Shown: positions 25,922-38,792, counted from the first letter of the stretch. The stretch: DNA of 64,000 nt from Nemertoderma westbladi (GCA_032718475.1 JAUCBJ010008807.1:7736-71735); one strand, 5' to 3'. Notes: generated from the letters alone by a model not told the origin. Translations and numbers: made by a program.

Positions 25922-26032
25922 ACAAATGGAAACTTTATCTTTGGTACAAACAGAAACCCAAAGTTTGCCTCTAGAAGTTGAGAATTACCATAATCTACAA
26001 CCGTTGGAAGCCATTTCTAAAGCGAGCAATGG
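25922..26032 (+). CDS. PAN3: PAN3 coding exon
   Basis: Acceptor ttttacag. Encodes LPLEVENYHNLQPLE (PAN3 motif VPTEVDSYHSLFPLE). Donor gtttgt, phase 2, fits the next exon. Confidence 0.88.
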
Positions 26033-26493
26033 GTTTGTATCTGAAATATCTGTGTTTTTGTGCGTAAATATAGGAAATAACGGCTGCTATGCCAGTTAGT
26101 AATAGGAATTTACTAAAATCGTTTTACCATAATTCAGTATTTCAGTAAGATAGTTAGTAACTGCGTACTGCGTTATTTGGGTAAAACAATGCCGTCGGTA
26201 GTTAATATATACGACTAGGTACGTTGTTAATTTATTAGACACAATAAACATCTTGCCTAGTAATTCCACCCATATACTTTGGAAAAAAAATAAATTTTTA
26301 TCAGAAACGGAAACTATTTTTTACCTCATTGACTACTTTGTTGTGTCATGAAATTATTGTTTTTTTTTGTTTTAGTTTTTTTCGCTAAAATTAATTTCGA
26401 TTTTTAATGATATAAAATAAACTTAAAAAATAATTATTATTTTACAATTCATCTTATAAACATTTTGTATTATATTGTTTGTCTTTTTTTCAG

Positions 26494-27338
26494 ATCTAGT
26501 TGCTTTAAAGCATCCCACAAAGCAGGCGGTATATATTGCTTACGTCGTATCCATGGCTACCGGCCGCCTACCAATAAATACTACGCCTTTACCGAGGCGT
26601 GGAAGAAGGTACAGCATTCCAACATCGTGTCACTGCGGGAATTCTTTACGACTAAAAGTTTCAATGACGTATCATCTGTATTCGTGTACGACTACCACGC
26701 AGGATGCGAGACGTTGATGCAGCGTCACTTCCAGACGCCGGCGGCGACAAGCGTAACCGGATACAATATACTCTGTCAGACGTACGGGGTGGGCAAGCGC
26801 CCCAACCCGGGCTCGAACCCCCCACCTTCGGGCGGCGCCAATCCCCCCAGTCTGCTGCCCGAGGGCCTCCTCTGGACCTACATCGTGCAGCTCAGCTCGG
26901 CCCTGCGAGCCATCCACGCGGCCGGCCTGGCCTGCCGGGTCATCGACCCCACCAAGATACTGGTGGACCGGAAGGCTCGGTTACGGATCAACTGCGTGGG
27001 CGTCGTGGACGTGCTGCAGGCGGACGCGGCCGCGTCGTCCACCGGGAACGGTACCGGGTCCGCGGGGCCCGGCAGTCCCGCCGTCGCCTTGTGGCAGCAG
27101 GAGGACCTCCTCTGTATGAGCAAGGTGATACTCGCGCTCGCGTGTAACTCGGTAATCGCGATACAACGCGAATACATCCAGCAGTCCACCGAACTGGTAG
27201 CCAACAACTACTCCGAGGATATAAAGAATCTCGTGCTTTATTTACTCGTGTCTCGCAATAGGAAGTCTGTGAACGATATTATGCCGATGATAGGGGCCCG
27301 TTTCTACACGCAACTAGACGCCGCAATCGTACAGAATG
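26494..27338 (+). CDS. PAN3: PAN3 pseudokinase-domain exon
   Basis: YCLRRIHG, HSNIVSLRE, FVYDYHAG, YIVQLSSALRAIHAAGLACR, QQEDL and SVNDIMPMIGARFYTQLD. Acceptor ttttcag and donor gtgagt. Confidence 0.96.
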
Positions 27339-27610
27339 GTGAGTCTATATGCGGTTGCCTAGTTACGCAGGTATTACCACACCTCGGAGGCCAAGTAATT
27401 AATGTTACTTGTTGTAATATTAGGTTGTTCGAAATCTTGTTTCCATGCTTTTTTTGGTGTTACTTCTTTAAGATAAAAGAAGACTTGAAAAGCCACTGAG
27501 CAGCCGTAGTAATCAACCCCTTTCGAATGACACCGTTGGGGGGCGGGCGATTTTCGCAAATATATAGTTGTTGTCGTCGTTACGATTTTGACATGCTAAT
27601 AAATTGGACG

Positions 27611-27940
27611 AATGTAGGACAATTCGGTCCCGGACAATTCGGTCCCGGACAATTCGGTCCCGGACAATTCCGTCTCGGACAATTCCGTCTCGGACAATTA
27701 GGTCTCGGAAAATTCGGTTCCGGACAATTCGGTCCCGGACATTTCGGTCCCGGACAATTCGGTCCCGGACAATTCGGTCCCGGACAATTCGGTCCCGGAC
27801 AATTCGGTCTCGGACAATTCGGTCTCGGACAATTCGGTCCCGGAAAATTCGATCCCATTAATATGTATGTTTTGGGAAAGAATATCCGGACAATTTGGCT
27901 CCAAAACACTAAATTAATGGGACCGAATTATCTTCACATT
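27611..27940. mobile_element. Foldback/MITE with 15-bp tandem array (ggacaattcggtccc)n
   Basis: About 16 units at 27617-27855. Imperfect inverted terminus gggaccgaattatcttcacatt at 27919-27940. Confidence 0.7.
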
Positions 27941-28242
27941 TCTTTGCCTCAAATCCATCCGAAGCCCCGACGTGGTAAATATGTACTAACTAGACCATTT
28001 GATGTGTCATTTAAGTTCTCCAGTTTGTCATTTGGGAGCAAAATTTCTGAAAGCGGAAACCTTATTTAATATCGTTATTTGATATCCGTTCAAGCTGAAG
28101 ATTAACAGAAATACTTGCTTTGCTAGACCAACCATTGATAGGCAGCGCCTTTGTATAGAAACGGCAATCCGTTGGCAGTTGTCCAGTTTACCGCTAGTGG
28201 GCTGAAATGAAAACATTTCGGAAATGTTTTCATGTTTTCATA

Positions 28243-29240
28243 ATTTTTTGATTTTTTCCTGGCCTAAATAATTTATCAAATAATAACTATCTACATACTT
28301 GTGTGCAAAGTAGCACTTTACATTGTGATGATCCGAGTGGCTTTGTTACACGAATGAACGTTAGTGAGTGAGTGAAAATAAAGCCACGAGGGTCAGAACA
28401 CTGTAAAGTACTTTTCAACAAGTATGTATGTAGTTTTATTCCAAAATTGTAACATTACGAAATGATTGTACATATATTATAAGTGATAGAAACTCCACAA
28501 ATTATATTAGTTGCTGTATAAATAAATGTAAAAATGACATAAATTATGTTATAAATAAGTTAGCTTATATTTATGGTGGCGTTTGAAGCAATGTTATAAT
28601 AATATAGCTAGACCCTACTGTTTACTACTGCTGTCAGGCAAATTTCCACCTATTGTTTACGTGGTAACCATGACGGCGTTAAGTAATGTCCAATAGGCAA
28701 TAAGAGGACATTACTTAATGGATAACACCAAATACAATACTAAATGTACAGGCCGATACAATGCTGTAATGTCCTCTAAAGTTGTAAAGTGATAAATAAC
28801 AACTCGCTGTTAATACTAACGGCGTTGAGTAATATGTTACAATTTTGGAATAAATTTATTTACCTGCGTATATGCACAATCTACCAGTGAGATAAAGAGA
28901 AAACACTCTTAAGACCACTTCTTAACACATTCTTTCGAACACATCTTAACACCCTAGCTAATTGATACATGGCTTTGCTGGCACATAACATTTTCTAGAC
29001 CTCAGACTGAGTTTTTGTGAGTTCTAACTGTCTGCTCTTTCCCAGTCTTCTGCGCTAGGGTGTTAAGATATATTCTAAAGAATGTGTTAAGAAGAGGTCT
29101 TAGGTGTGTTGGGGGGAGGTGGGGGGGGGGGGGGGGGGGGGGGTGTTCTGGTTCTCTTATCTCACTGTTAGATTGTGCATAATGTACGCAGGTAAATATA
29201 TTTGATAAATTTAGGCCAGGGAAATAAATCAAAAAATTAT
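28243..29240. mobile_element. MITE whose left TIR is split by a second repeat (28279-28855)
   Basis: 28243-28280 plus 28855-28907 together match the reverse complement of 29143-29240. The inserted repeat recurs at ~32870-33092 and ~37459-37575. Confidence 0.7.
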
Positions 29241-29416
29241 CAGAATTGGATTCAATTTCATGAAAGGCATCCGCAATTAATTGTTAATCCTTAAAAAGTA
29301 TATATACTTTTTATGTTTTTATCTTTCCACCTGTCCCCGCTATGGTTCTCAGTTGTTTTATTTTCGCGTTTGTTTGTCGCATTCGTTTTAAGGTATCGCG
29401 GCGTATTTTATTGCAG

Positions 29417-29586
29417 ATATATTGAATGACGAGTTATCGAAGGAGGTGCAGAATGGTCGTCTATTCCGAATGATAGTGAAACTCGGTTCGATTAACGAAC
29501 GCCCTGAGTACCGGATGGATCCATCCTGGAGCGAGAATGGCGACAGATATCTTATTAAACTACTAAGAGATTTCTTATTCCATCAG
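29417..29586 (+). CDS. PAN3: PAN3 coding exon (knob/C-terminal domain)
   Basis: Encodes ELSKEVQNGRLFR...INERPEY...WSENGDRYLIKLLRDFLFHQ. Acceptor ttgcag and donor gtaagc. Confidence 0.96.
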
Positions 29587-29804
29587 GTAAGCGGATTTTA
29601 TTAGGAAGCGTGCTACGCTAAGGATATCAGATTTGCACGTAACACTTTATATATAAGGAATTAAAAGATTTTGGCCAATATTTCGGTCAAAGTTGTAAAA
29701 TTTTAACCGCTGAACGGATTTATGTCATTCAAGTATCGTTCGAAAGCTAATTTTTTGCTCTTTAACAGATATAAATTGTAACAGTAGTACAATATTTAAT
29801 TATT

Positions 29805-29953
29805 ATATTATAACTTTTTGTTGGGCACAGCTTTGCAAAGTCGGCAATGACGTCCAGGTGGGATCCAGACTTCCAACCCAGAGGTCACCAGTTCGATCCC
29901 GCCTGGACGTCGTTGCCGCGTTGGCAAAGCTGTGCCCAACTAAAGTTATAATA
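29805..29953. repeat. Palindromic tRNA-derived SINE-like hairpin
   Basis: About 55-60-bp inverted arms. The loop plus right arm read gacttccaacccagaggtcaccaGTTCGATCC (tRNA 3' half with B box). Confidence 0.6.
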
Positions 29954-30174
29954 ATATGAAACCATCCGCACTCATTCACTCAAAATACCATGAATATATA
30001 AATATACACAACATGATAAAGTAAATCCCAAAATTACTTTAAATTAATTGTAGACTTGCCAATAAAATTTGTGTTGTTTTTGGAAGAGGTGCCGTCATAA
30101 TAGATCGAAAATGAAGAATTAAAAACAAGTTTATGCAAATATATCACATACCTAACCTAACCTATGTGATCCTC

Positions 30175-32352
30175 TGTGATCCTATTTACACTTCGACCCT
30201 TCTCCAGTGATCACCGCCTTATTGTGGCCAAGGTAAGACTTAGTCTGCGTGCTAGCAGAACAACAAAATCTGCCTTGCCGCGGCATGACTGGTCCTCTCT
30301 GTTGCAACAGCCAAGTGTGAGATCCAGCTTCACACTACAGCTGAGCAACAGGTATGAGGCTCTTGCCTCTGAGGCGGCAGATCACTGTGAGGGCTATACT
30401 GCCTTTACAGAAGCAGTTAAGTTAGCAGCTGCAGAAACAGTTCCTGTATACCCTCGAAACAGGAAAAGGGCCCCCTGGACTGACAACAAAATTCAGAAGT
30501 GCCGAAATGACCTTCATAAGGCGCAGAAAGAGTCCCGACTCAAACAGACTACAGCGGCCAAGAATGCAGTTAAGGCTGCATCTAGGTCCCTGAACAGGCA
30601 GTACTCTGTTAATCTACAGGAGCTAATAAACCAACAGGTTGATGCCATCAATGATGCTGACGACAGCAGGCAATCATCCCAGGCATGGAAATCAATCAAT
30701 CTGCTTACTGGGCGGAAAAGCCAACCAACCACCAAGGTTAAGGCTGAATCACCAGCCGATCGCCTCAATGGTTGGAAAGCTCCTCAATAATGACAGGGTA
30801 TTGCCTGATAACTTTATAGAAGTAAAAGTGTCTGAGTCTGTACTCCCAGATATTCCCATTGGCGATATCTCCTTTGCAGAAGTGAAGGCTGCTGCAAAGA
30901 GCATTAAGACCAATCGTGCCAGTGGAGTAGATGGTGTTCCCCCTGAGGTCTTTAAAATACCTGAGTGTTTAAAGCTCATCTATCCCATCATAGTAGACAT
31001 GTACCGAACAACAAGAGTCCCACAAGAAATGAAAACAAATAAGTTGGTGCCAGTTCCCAAGAAGGGCAACCTAACACTCTATGGTTCTTTTCGGGGAATC
31101 TCATTGATCTCGATTGCTGCAAAGCTATACAATAGGATTCTATTAAATCGCATCAGGGATCCCATTGAGAGACTGCTCCGTGGAAATCAGAATGGGTTCC
31201 GTAAAGGTCGTGGGACCATGGAGCCCATTTTGGCACTTAGAAGGATAATTGAAGAATTATCAAAAAAGAAAGACAGGCATCTGGCTGTTATCTTTGTTGA
31301 CTTCTTCAAGGCCTTTGATTCAGTCTCTCGCTCACGTATGTTCAGCATACTTTCATTATATGGGATTCCTGATGAAATTATTGCAGCAATCAGATCAGTA
31401 TACGATGGTTCGACAACATTTGTGTCTACTGTTGACGGTGACACAGAACCATTTGAAGTGTTATGGGGCGTCCTCCAAGGAGACACACTTGCACCATTCT
31501 TGTTCATTATTGTGGTTGACTATGTTCTACGCATGTCCTTAGATCATCATAATGATGATGGGGTGATGATAACTCCACCTACTGGCTCCAGAAGTCGAGG
31601 AAATCCTGCCAAGTACCTAACTGAAACCTAACCTAACCAGAAAGACCAAAATTCTGACTGTTAACTTTGAAAGTCCTCAGCAAGTCTCTGATCGGATGAG
31701 CATAAGCTCAAAGGATGGTATGCTTGAGCATGTGGACGACTTCTGTTACCTGGGATCATGGATCCGGAAGTCAGGTGAGGACCTTCGAATACGTAAGGGA
31801 AAGGCATGGACAGCCTTGAATAGGCTTTCCAGGATTTGGAAATCACCGAGAATTAATCGGAAACTTAAGGTCCGATTATTTAGAGCAGCAGTAGTTCCAG
31901 TACTCCTCTACGGGAGTCCATGCTGGGCTCTAACTGCTGAGGACACCAAATCTCTGGATGGCACATTCACAAGAATGCTACGCCGGGTTCATTGTGTCAA
32001 GTACAATGCACACATCTCCAACCAGACACTATATAACATTGGAGGTGTCTCATTGGTTCCCCCAAGCTTGACACTAGAACAAAATCGCCTCCGCTTTGCA
32101 GGACATTGCTTTCGCCGTGAGGACCAGCCAGTGCATAATCTTGTACTTTGGCAACCTCATGGAGTGAATAAGCATGGTGGACAGCCCATGACTTTCTTGA
32201 GACGCATCTTAAAGGACACTGGCCTTAAAGATGCGGATGATCTAGCAAATGTCATGGGTGATAGGGAGTTGTGGCGGTGCAATTTTGTTGACAAGCCGGC
32301 ACAGCATTCTTAAAAATGCAGCTGCAATGCAGCATGCCGATCCTAGTAGTAG
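30175..32352 (+). mobile_element. 5'-truncated RTE LINE related to 21887-25775; frameshifted, RT catalytic motif deleted
   Basis: Protein closely parallels the minus-strand copy. 12-bp TSD tatgtgatcctc at 30163-30174 and 32353-32364. (TAG)n tail. Confidence 0.92.
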
Positions 32353-32869
32353 TATGTGATCCTCATATAATTTGCAGTTCAGTAAAACTACTTGCAGTGC
32401 ATTTGCATCGATTTTATCGCGATAGGAAACCTAAGTATATAAAGTGTAAGGAAATCAATTCTATGTGTCGAAAAACCTCTGTAACCTCTTCTTTGCATAA
32501 AAAAATTATATCTTGAAATTTCAGTATTATATTTCATAGTTCATATGTAATTCTTCTATACTAAAATTGTATGTTCTATTCGGTGGAACCATCCAAAATA
32601 TCATATCTATTAGCGGTATGAAATTGGGATAAAGTTTGTTACAACTACGCGAAATAAAGAGACAAGCTGTTCCTTGGAAAACAAAATTCAAGTCTATAAA
32701 GAAAATTCAGAGACTATCTTTAAAAATATTTTTAATGAACTCTAGTTTGGCTACAGGAGCTAGACTAATATAAAAAAGTAGTCTTGTCAACGTAAACTTG
32801 TCAAATATTGAGTGCTTTGTCCCGAAATATAGTTAGTCTTGTAACAATGGCTTGGTTAATACTGTGGTA

Positions 32870-33092
32870 AATAACTATTTACATACTTGTGTGTAAAGTA
32901 GCACTTTACAGTGTGATGATCCGAGATGATCCGAGTGGTTTTGTTAACATTACCACGTAATAATGCCCCAATTCAATACTAAATGTACAGGCCGATACAA
33001 TGCTGTAATGTCCTCTAAAGTTGTAAAGTGATAAATAACAACTCGTTGTTAAATACTAACGGCGTTGAGTAATGTTACAATTTTGGAATAAA
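32870..33092 (+). repeat. Internally deleted copy of the 28279-28855 repeat
   Basis: Shares aataactat.tacatacttgtgtg.aaagtagcacttta and ...gttacaattttggaataaa. Confidence 0.8.
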
Positions 33093-34259
33093 ATGTTGAA
33101 CAAGTATTTTCTTGACAAAGTTACATATGAAATGCATAACTAACTTATGTCAACAATTATATTCCCGTTGTCTTGTTCGCCCATAATTAATATTAATAAT
33201 TACTACTAATTATTAATTAATAATAGTACGACATAATGAAATTTGCTTTCAGTACTAGATCTTTCAATATCCGTTTCAATTTCGTCTACACTTTAGAAAA
33301 TTGATTTAACAATCAAACTAAATTACATAATTTCGATATTAAGCCGTCAATCGCAGGACAATTAATAGTTAACGAATAGTTAATTAATAGTTAATAATTA
33401 ACGGCTCTTGCTACTCTCCCTAGCTAACCTCTAGAACGAGAATGCACTGATATCCGTACACCACGGTCACAAAGTATGTAAATCAGGCTGTCATGTAATT
33501 AATAGAACATCTGAACAAAATATGCAACAGTGACCCCAGTGACTCCATGGTGTAATTATTATATTATTAATAATCAGGAATGTAAAGGTAACCGTAATTG
33601 GCTCAACCCTGATTTGATTAAATCATCAATTTTATGTATAAACAATCGTGTATAAAAAACACGGCAAATATATTGTTTGATAAAGTTTCAATCTAATAAT
33701 GAGTTAGTTATATTTGTATCATATTATATTATTGTTATACACAAATGGAATGCTAACTTTTTTTAAACTGAAACAAACATAGAAAGATGTTGTTTATTTT
33801 CTACTTTATTTCTAAAAATCTCCTTATTTGTAAATTGTAGTTCGAAGGGACTTGGATTTGTTTTTTTAAAGATTTTGTATTTCACATCCAATTTAACTTG
33901 CTATTTGGCATTTATTCGAGAAAATACGATGGGGTTTGGATAGCCTTAGATTGAGACAGAAAACCATTAACTATCACCTACTGTAATAGCGTTAAACCCA
34001 ATAGCATTCAATTTAATTAGTACATCTACGAATTAACAGTTCTAAAATTGTCATCACTACATTATTAATAGGCAGAGTCACATAACACACGCCTGTATCC
34101 AATCTGTTGTGTGGAAAATAAGGTATAATAATAAGTAGTTATAGGCAGTGCATTGGCGTTGGCAGTGGCAGTGGCAGATGAGGGGTATTAAACAAAATAT
34201 CTCCAGTCTGACCACTGTTCTGTGCCCAATTAGTATTCTCTGTTTATCCCGTTGTCTAG

Positions 34260-34457
34260 GTAACACCGGACGGGCAACCCTGGATCGATATGTCCCACGT
34301 GGTTCACACCCTCAACCGTCTGGACTCGGGGCAGTCCGAACGCATCTGTCTGGTCTCCCGTGACGAGCAGAACATCCTCATGGTCTCCTACGCGGAGCTC
34401 AAGCACTGTCTAGACAGCTGCTTCCGAGAACTACAGAATTTGGATAAGATCACGTGA
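34260..34457 (+). CDS. PAN3: PAN3 terminal coding exon (this frame is not in the ORF track)
   Basis: Acceptor gtctag, phase 0. Encodes VTPDGQPWIDMSHVVHTLNRLDSGQSERICLVSRDEQNILMVSYAELKHCLDSCFRELQNLDKIT*, matching the PAN3 C-terminus. AATAAA signals at ~34974 and ~35475. Confidence 0.95.
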   Translation, partial: VTPDGQPWIDMSHVVHTLNRLDSGQSERICLVSRDEQNILMVSYAELKHCLDSCFRELQNLDKIT

Positions 34458-35656
34458 TAGCCGGTTGCCATGGTAACTGGACTATTCCTTGACTAATTGT
34501 TAGATAAGGGATGTATTATTGACTTATTGACTTGGCCTACGCTATTTATTGAAATAATGTTATAACGTAATGACATGTTCTAATGTCCGCAATGTCACAG
34601 ATTCGCTCTATAAACTTCTTGTCTGACATCAGGTCTGTGTCCAGCCATGTTGTATCGTTTAATCTATGGTGGGTGCTGCTCCTTTCTTGTTTAGCTAATC
34701 ATCTTTTAGGGTTTTACTTGGCAATTCGTCAGCTAGACTATTCGAATATTATTCTATTCCGTGACGACAAACCCAATCTATATCTGTTGTTGTTACGGCG
34801 ATTATAGATTGAAAAAATATAATGTGTTAGGGATTTTCGCGCTTTTTAAACTGTTTTCTTTTTATTTATTTTTAAATTTGTACAACTTTGTATCAATCAT
34901 ACAGGCTCGTACTAACTTTTGCATTATCAAATTATTATTGCGGAACATAAAATGGATCTGTTTTTATTATTTCAATAAAATTAACATTTTTTTTATTTGC
35001 ACAACCTTTTTATTAATGAGTGTTTTTCTCTGGTTCCCACTGGAACTTGCGCTGAAGATTTTTCTAATTAATATTTGGGCATTGTAGGAATTTATTGTTA
35101 GGAGAGCCAATTATAATTTCTTTGTGAGGCATCGCGCTTTTAACGGATAAAACGGAGTGTTAAAATTGAGATAATTTTGTCACGGAAAATTTTCGTTGAA
35201 AATTTCGAGGGTGTGGAATGTGAAATGGTCTAGATGGCGATTTGTCTCTAAAATGTTATTAAAACTTGTGCTTATTATCAAAACAATTGTGCTTTATTGT
35301 GCGTGTCCGTGTATATTATAAGTGCTTTTTAAGTACATTAATTGAGTGAGATGTGAGCATGAGGTACAGGCCAGTCAGTATAATAGTGTATATGATGTTC
35401 GAACAATTCAATTTTGCTTTTCCTTTTTTACGAGGATTGTATATTGAATGCGGAGACCAAGACATGTAAATTGAAATAAATTTCTTCGTTTTGAAGTATT
35501 TGCGCTAAAATTCGCCCCGAACATCGACAATGTATTTTTTATCCCTCCGGTGTTTTAGTTTTCTATTATAATATAATAATCAGTTATCATAATTATAGGT
35601 TTAATGATTCAGTGAGGATCGAATGCCCAATTCAAATATTAAGTAACCGCCCTCTT

Positions 35657-35764
35657 CCCATCCTTAAATGACGTCACGCTTTTTGACAATTTTCGATGTG
35701 ACGGGGGGGGGGGGGGGGTAGAAAATATCCGCAAATTGCGTGACGTCATTTTTGGATGGCCCCC
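35657..35764. mobile_element. Small PIF/Harbinger-like MITE
   Basis: aaatgacgtcacgc / gcgtgacgtcattt(tt)ggatggcccc inverted ends around a poly-G core. Confidence 0.45.
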
Positions 35765-36605
35765 TTTACTGTTACATAATATAAGTTTTCCCAATATATA
35801 ATTGGTTTTTTTTATACAAGTCTTACATCACCCGCCAAAGTTTGATCTCGTTGATACTTGAACTTTAAGAAACGAGGAACGCCTACCCCCTACATTCATA
35901 CATTCTTAAATATTACTATTTTACGTGCTGTAGCGAGAGAGGTTTCGACACTTTTAAAATATAATATGTTGACTCAAGAATTAATCCACCCCACAAACCT
36001 ACGTAGAACAATGTTTACTGTTATACCGGTAACCCACCTGAACGCATTTCTTCCATAAAACTACATTTATTTAATCACGCTATTAATATCGCCCAACGTG
36101 CAAAATATAAAAACCACGACCGGTATTATCATTGGCAGTAACACCATCGCGACCTACTACCTTTACTATTACGGTTCAGTAATAATGTTACGGAATAGGT
36201 TTACAATCAATTCTAGTCCAACCTAAATTTAATTACACCACACACCTGTACTCCCTGTAGAGATTCTGTACAACTCGAATACTCTTCATACAGCTTAACT
36301 TACCACTGCAGGTGTGCTAATTACTGGTGCATATGGCTATGCATTTGTACAGAACAGTATGTCGGTACTTTATAGCTCCCAAAGTAAACCAATTGCAGGA
36401 GAATATGAAAGAACATTTACCACGCGGCTTTTTTTGTGTTTTTAATATTGTGTAAATCACATGTGACATCGACTGTTTTAGGTCATCATTACAGTGTTGT
36501 GTACTGTGTGGCCCGTTAATCGCATTACAGTTCTCCGCGCCTACCCTTAAATACTGTATGTCAATGTCAACGGGTAGATAAACCCGCGCATATAAGGTTA
36601 ACTTT

Positions 36606-36722
36606 ATTTCCTTGCATGCCTGGCTGTGTTACGCACTCGGGAACTACAACTTATAGGATAAGTTGTAGTTCCCGAGTAAGTAACGCAGCCAGCCCAAATA
36701 CTAGATTTGGCTGCAAGGAAAT
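36606..36722. repeat. Near-perfect hairpin/palindrome
   Basis: 34-bp arms at 36621-36654 and 36658-36691 with loop agg. Outer atttccttgca / tgcaaggaaat. Confidence 0.8.
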
Positions 36723-37773
36723 GATCTGTTTTTCTTGCGCGATTGTATAAAATTGAATTATTATTTTTACTTTATTTTACTTTAATTTTTTACTCTTCCA
36801 CAACCTTGGCGTTCTTATCCCGACTGGGCGATGAATGATGATGCTGTAGAGATAGGGTTTGGAATTTTAAATAAAGTGAAAAAGTTACAAAATACAGTTA
36901 ACATTACAATAATAACACAGTATACTATGTGCTACGATATTACTATTTGTAATTAAAAAAGTTAAAGTACATTTAATTATTTCGATTGTTTAACCATGTA
37001 TGTAATTAATATATTTTGTATGTATGACTTATGTAATGTATGTATTATAATATTACCTTTACCTTAGCTCTAACAATATGTATTTAGCCAAGATAATAAT
37101 ATATTGTATTCATGTTAACTTTTATAGGTCGTATTATGGTAAAAAGTGTCTGATTATTTTCCCGTGAAGGCAGCCTTTCTGTGCTGTTTTTTGCTTATTC
37201 ACATTGTGAAAACTAAAGGAAATAATTACAAGTATTATATAATTAAAATATAATAATATTATTATAAATATCTACGCATTTAATAATATACGTACGTACT
37301 TGCATTAAATATTGATTAATTTTCTCATGGGATCCCTTGTAATATTGGAAGTAAAGGAGTTTGGAGACATTGAGTTTCTGAGATGCACGAGTTATGTTCG
37401 AACGTTAATCCAAGTTGATTTATCTAAGAACTATTAACTAGGATATATTTTAGAACTAAATAATAACTACTATTTACATACTTGTGTGTAAAGTAGCACT
37501 TTTCAGTGTGATGATCCGAGTGGCTTTGTAACACGAACGAACGTTAATGAGTGAGTGAGTGAAAATAAAGCCACACTAATTTCTTTCGAGCCACAGTTGA
37601 AATTTCTAAGCAATCAATGGCAAATATCACAAAGTGGCGAATATTATAAAGATAACCCAAGTGTATAAACGTAGAATCGCCAATGTGGATGTGCAAAATA
37701 AATGCAATCCTCTCCAGGGGGGAAAACGCCAGCTAATTACTAATTTAATTTTTAAAAGTAGTCCCATTATGAG

Positions 37774-38792
37774 GCCCATTTGAAGTATACCAGATATTCA
37801 GCGTTATATTTCTTTCACTTTGCAGTTTTCCCCCATGTTTAAGAATACCAGGTTCTCACTAAAACCCACAGGAGGGCTGATTCTAACCAAAACAATAAGC
37901 GAATTAGTATCTATTATACAGGTTATAAGATAGAAATAAGGCTATAAAACACTCTCTAAACATTCTTCATGTATAAAATTCCACTAAAACGTAAACGTTG
38001 TCCGAAAGGTGAAAACCTGGACGTATTCTTCACACGGGTACTTTATTACTGTCACGTTCATCGTTTTGACTTGAATACGTGTCTATATTTACCGCGGCGG
38101 TCTCAGGACTTTAAATCCTGTGGGACGACGGTTAGGATACTTTTAGATCCCGTGAGACTAGGTCCCACTTCAAAGAAAATAATTACAATTGTAAGATATA
38201 ATGTATTATTATTAGGAAGCCTATATATATTTTTAAATAATTAAATATATTTTTCAATAATTAATGTATGTTAATCGTTTAATAATTTTATTTGTTTATC
38301 ATTTAAGAAAAACAATTAACGCCATTTACTAGAGGCAAGTACAAGTTGCAGTATATTAGACCCACTATAAATACATAAGCACGTTATTGCTTGCGTTTTT
38401 AGCACCTATTGGAATGTGTCAGACATAGCTTATGATGCAAATAGGTTGTCGACCGTTCAAACAGGAATGTCACCGGCATAGTAGGAAAACTTACCAGAAA
38501 TATCTATAGCCGCCCATGTGAAGAATACCAGGGTTTCACTTTTCGGCCGAATTTTTATTAAAAATTTATATTATGAAGAATTTGTAATTTTTAACATTTA
38601 TCCTCCCGTGTTTTAGGGCTTATTTCTTTCTCATAACTTGATAGATACTAATTCGTTTATTGTTTTGGTTAGATTCAGACATTCTGTAAACTGTAAACGG
38701 TATTTTTAATGAAAACATGGGTTCCTCAAATGCGGGGGTAAGCTGCAAAGTGTATTATAAAAATCAGAAAATCTGGTGTACTTCGCATGGGC
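37774..38792. mobile_element. MITE with ~180-bp diverged TIRs
   Basis: 37774-37951 versus the reverse complement of 38608-38792 (e.g. ctaaccaaaacaataa.cgaattagtatctat). Confidence 0.7.

Noticed and set aside
27527-28069. GQFGP / RTIRS / NCPGP repeat-protein ORFs
   Set aside because: All are translations of a 15-bp tandem array in a foldback element inside a PAN3 intron.
29870-29910. Intact tRNA gene
   Set aside because: Only a B box and 3' half are present, with no D arm, A box or acceptor stem.
34148-34363. 71-aa Trp-rich ORF overlapping the last PAN3 exon
   Set aside because: Wrong frame; the conserved PAN3 C-terminus is in another frame starting at 34260.
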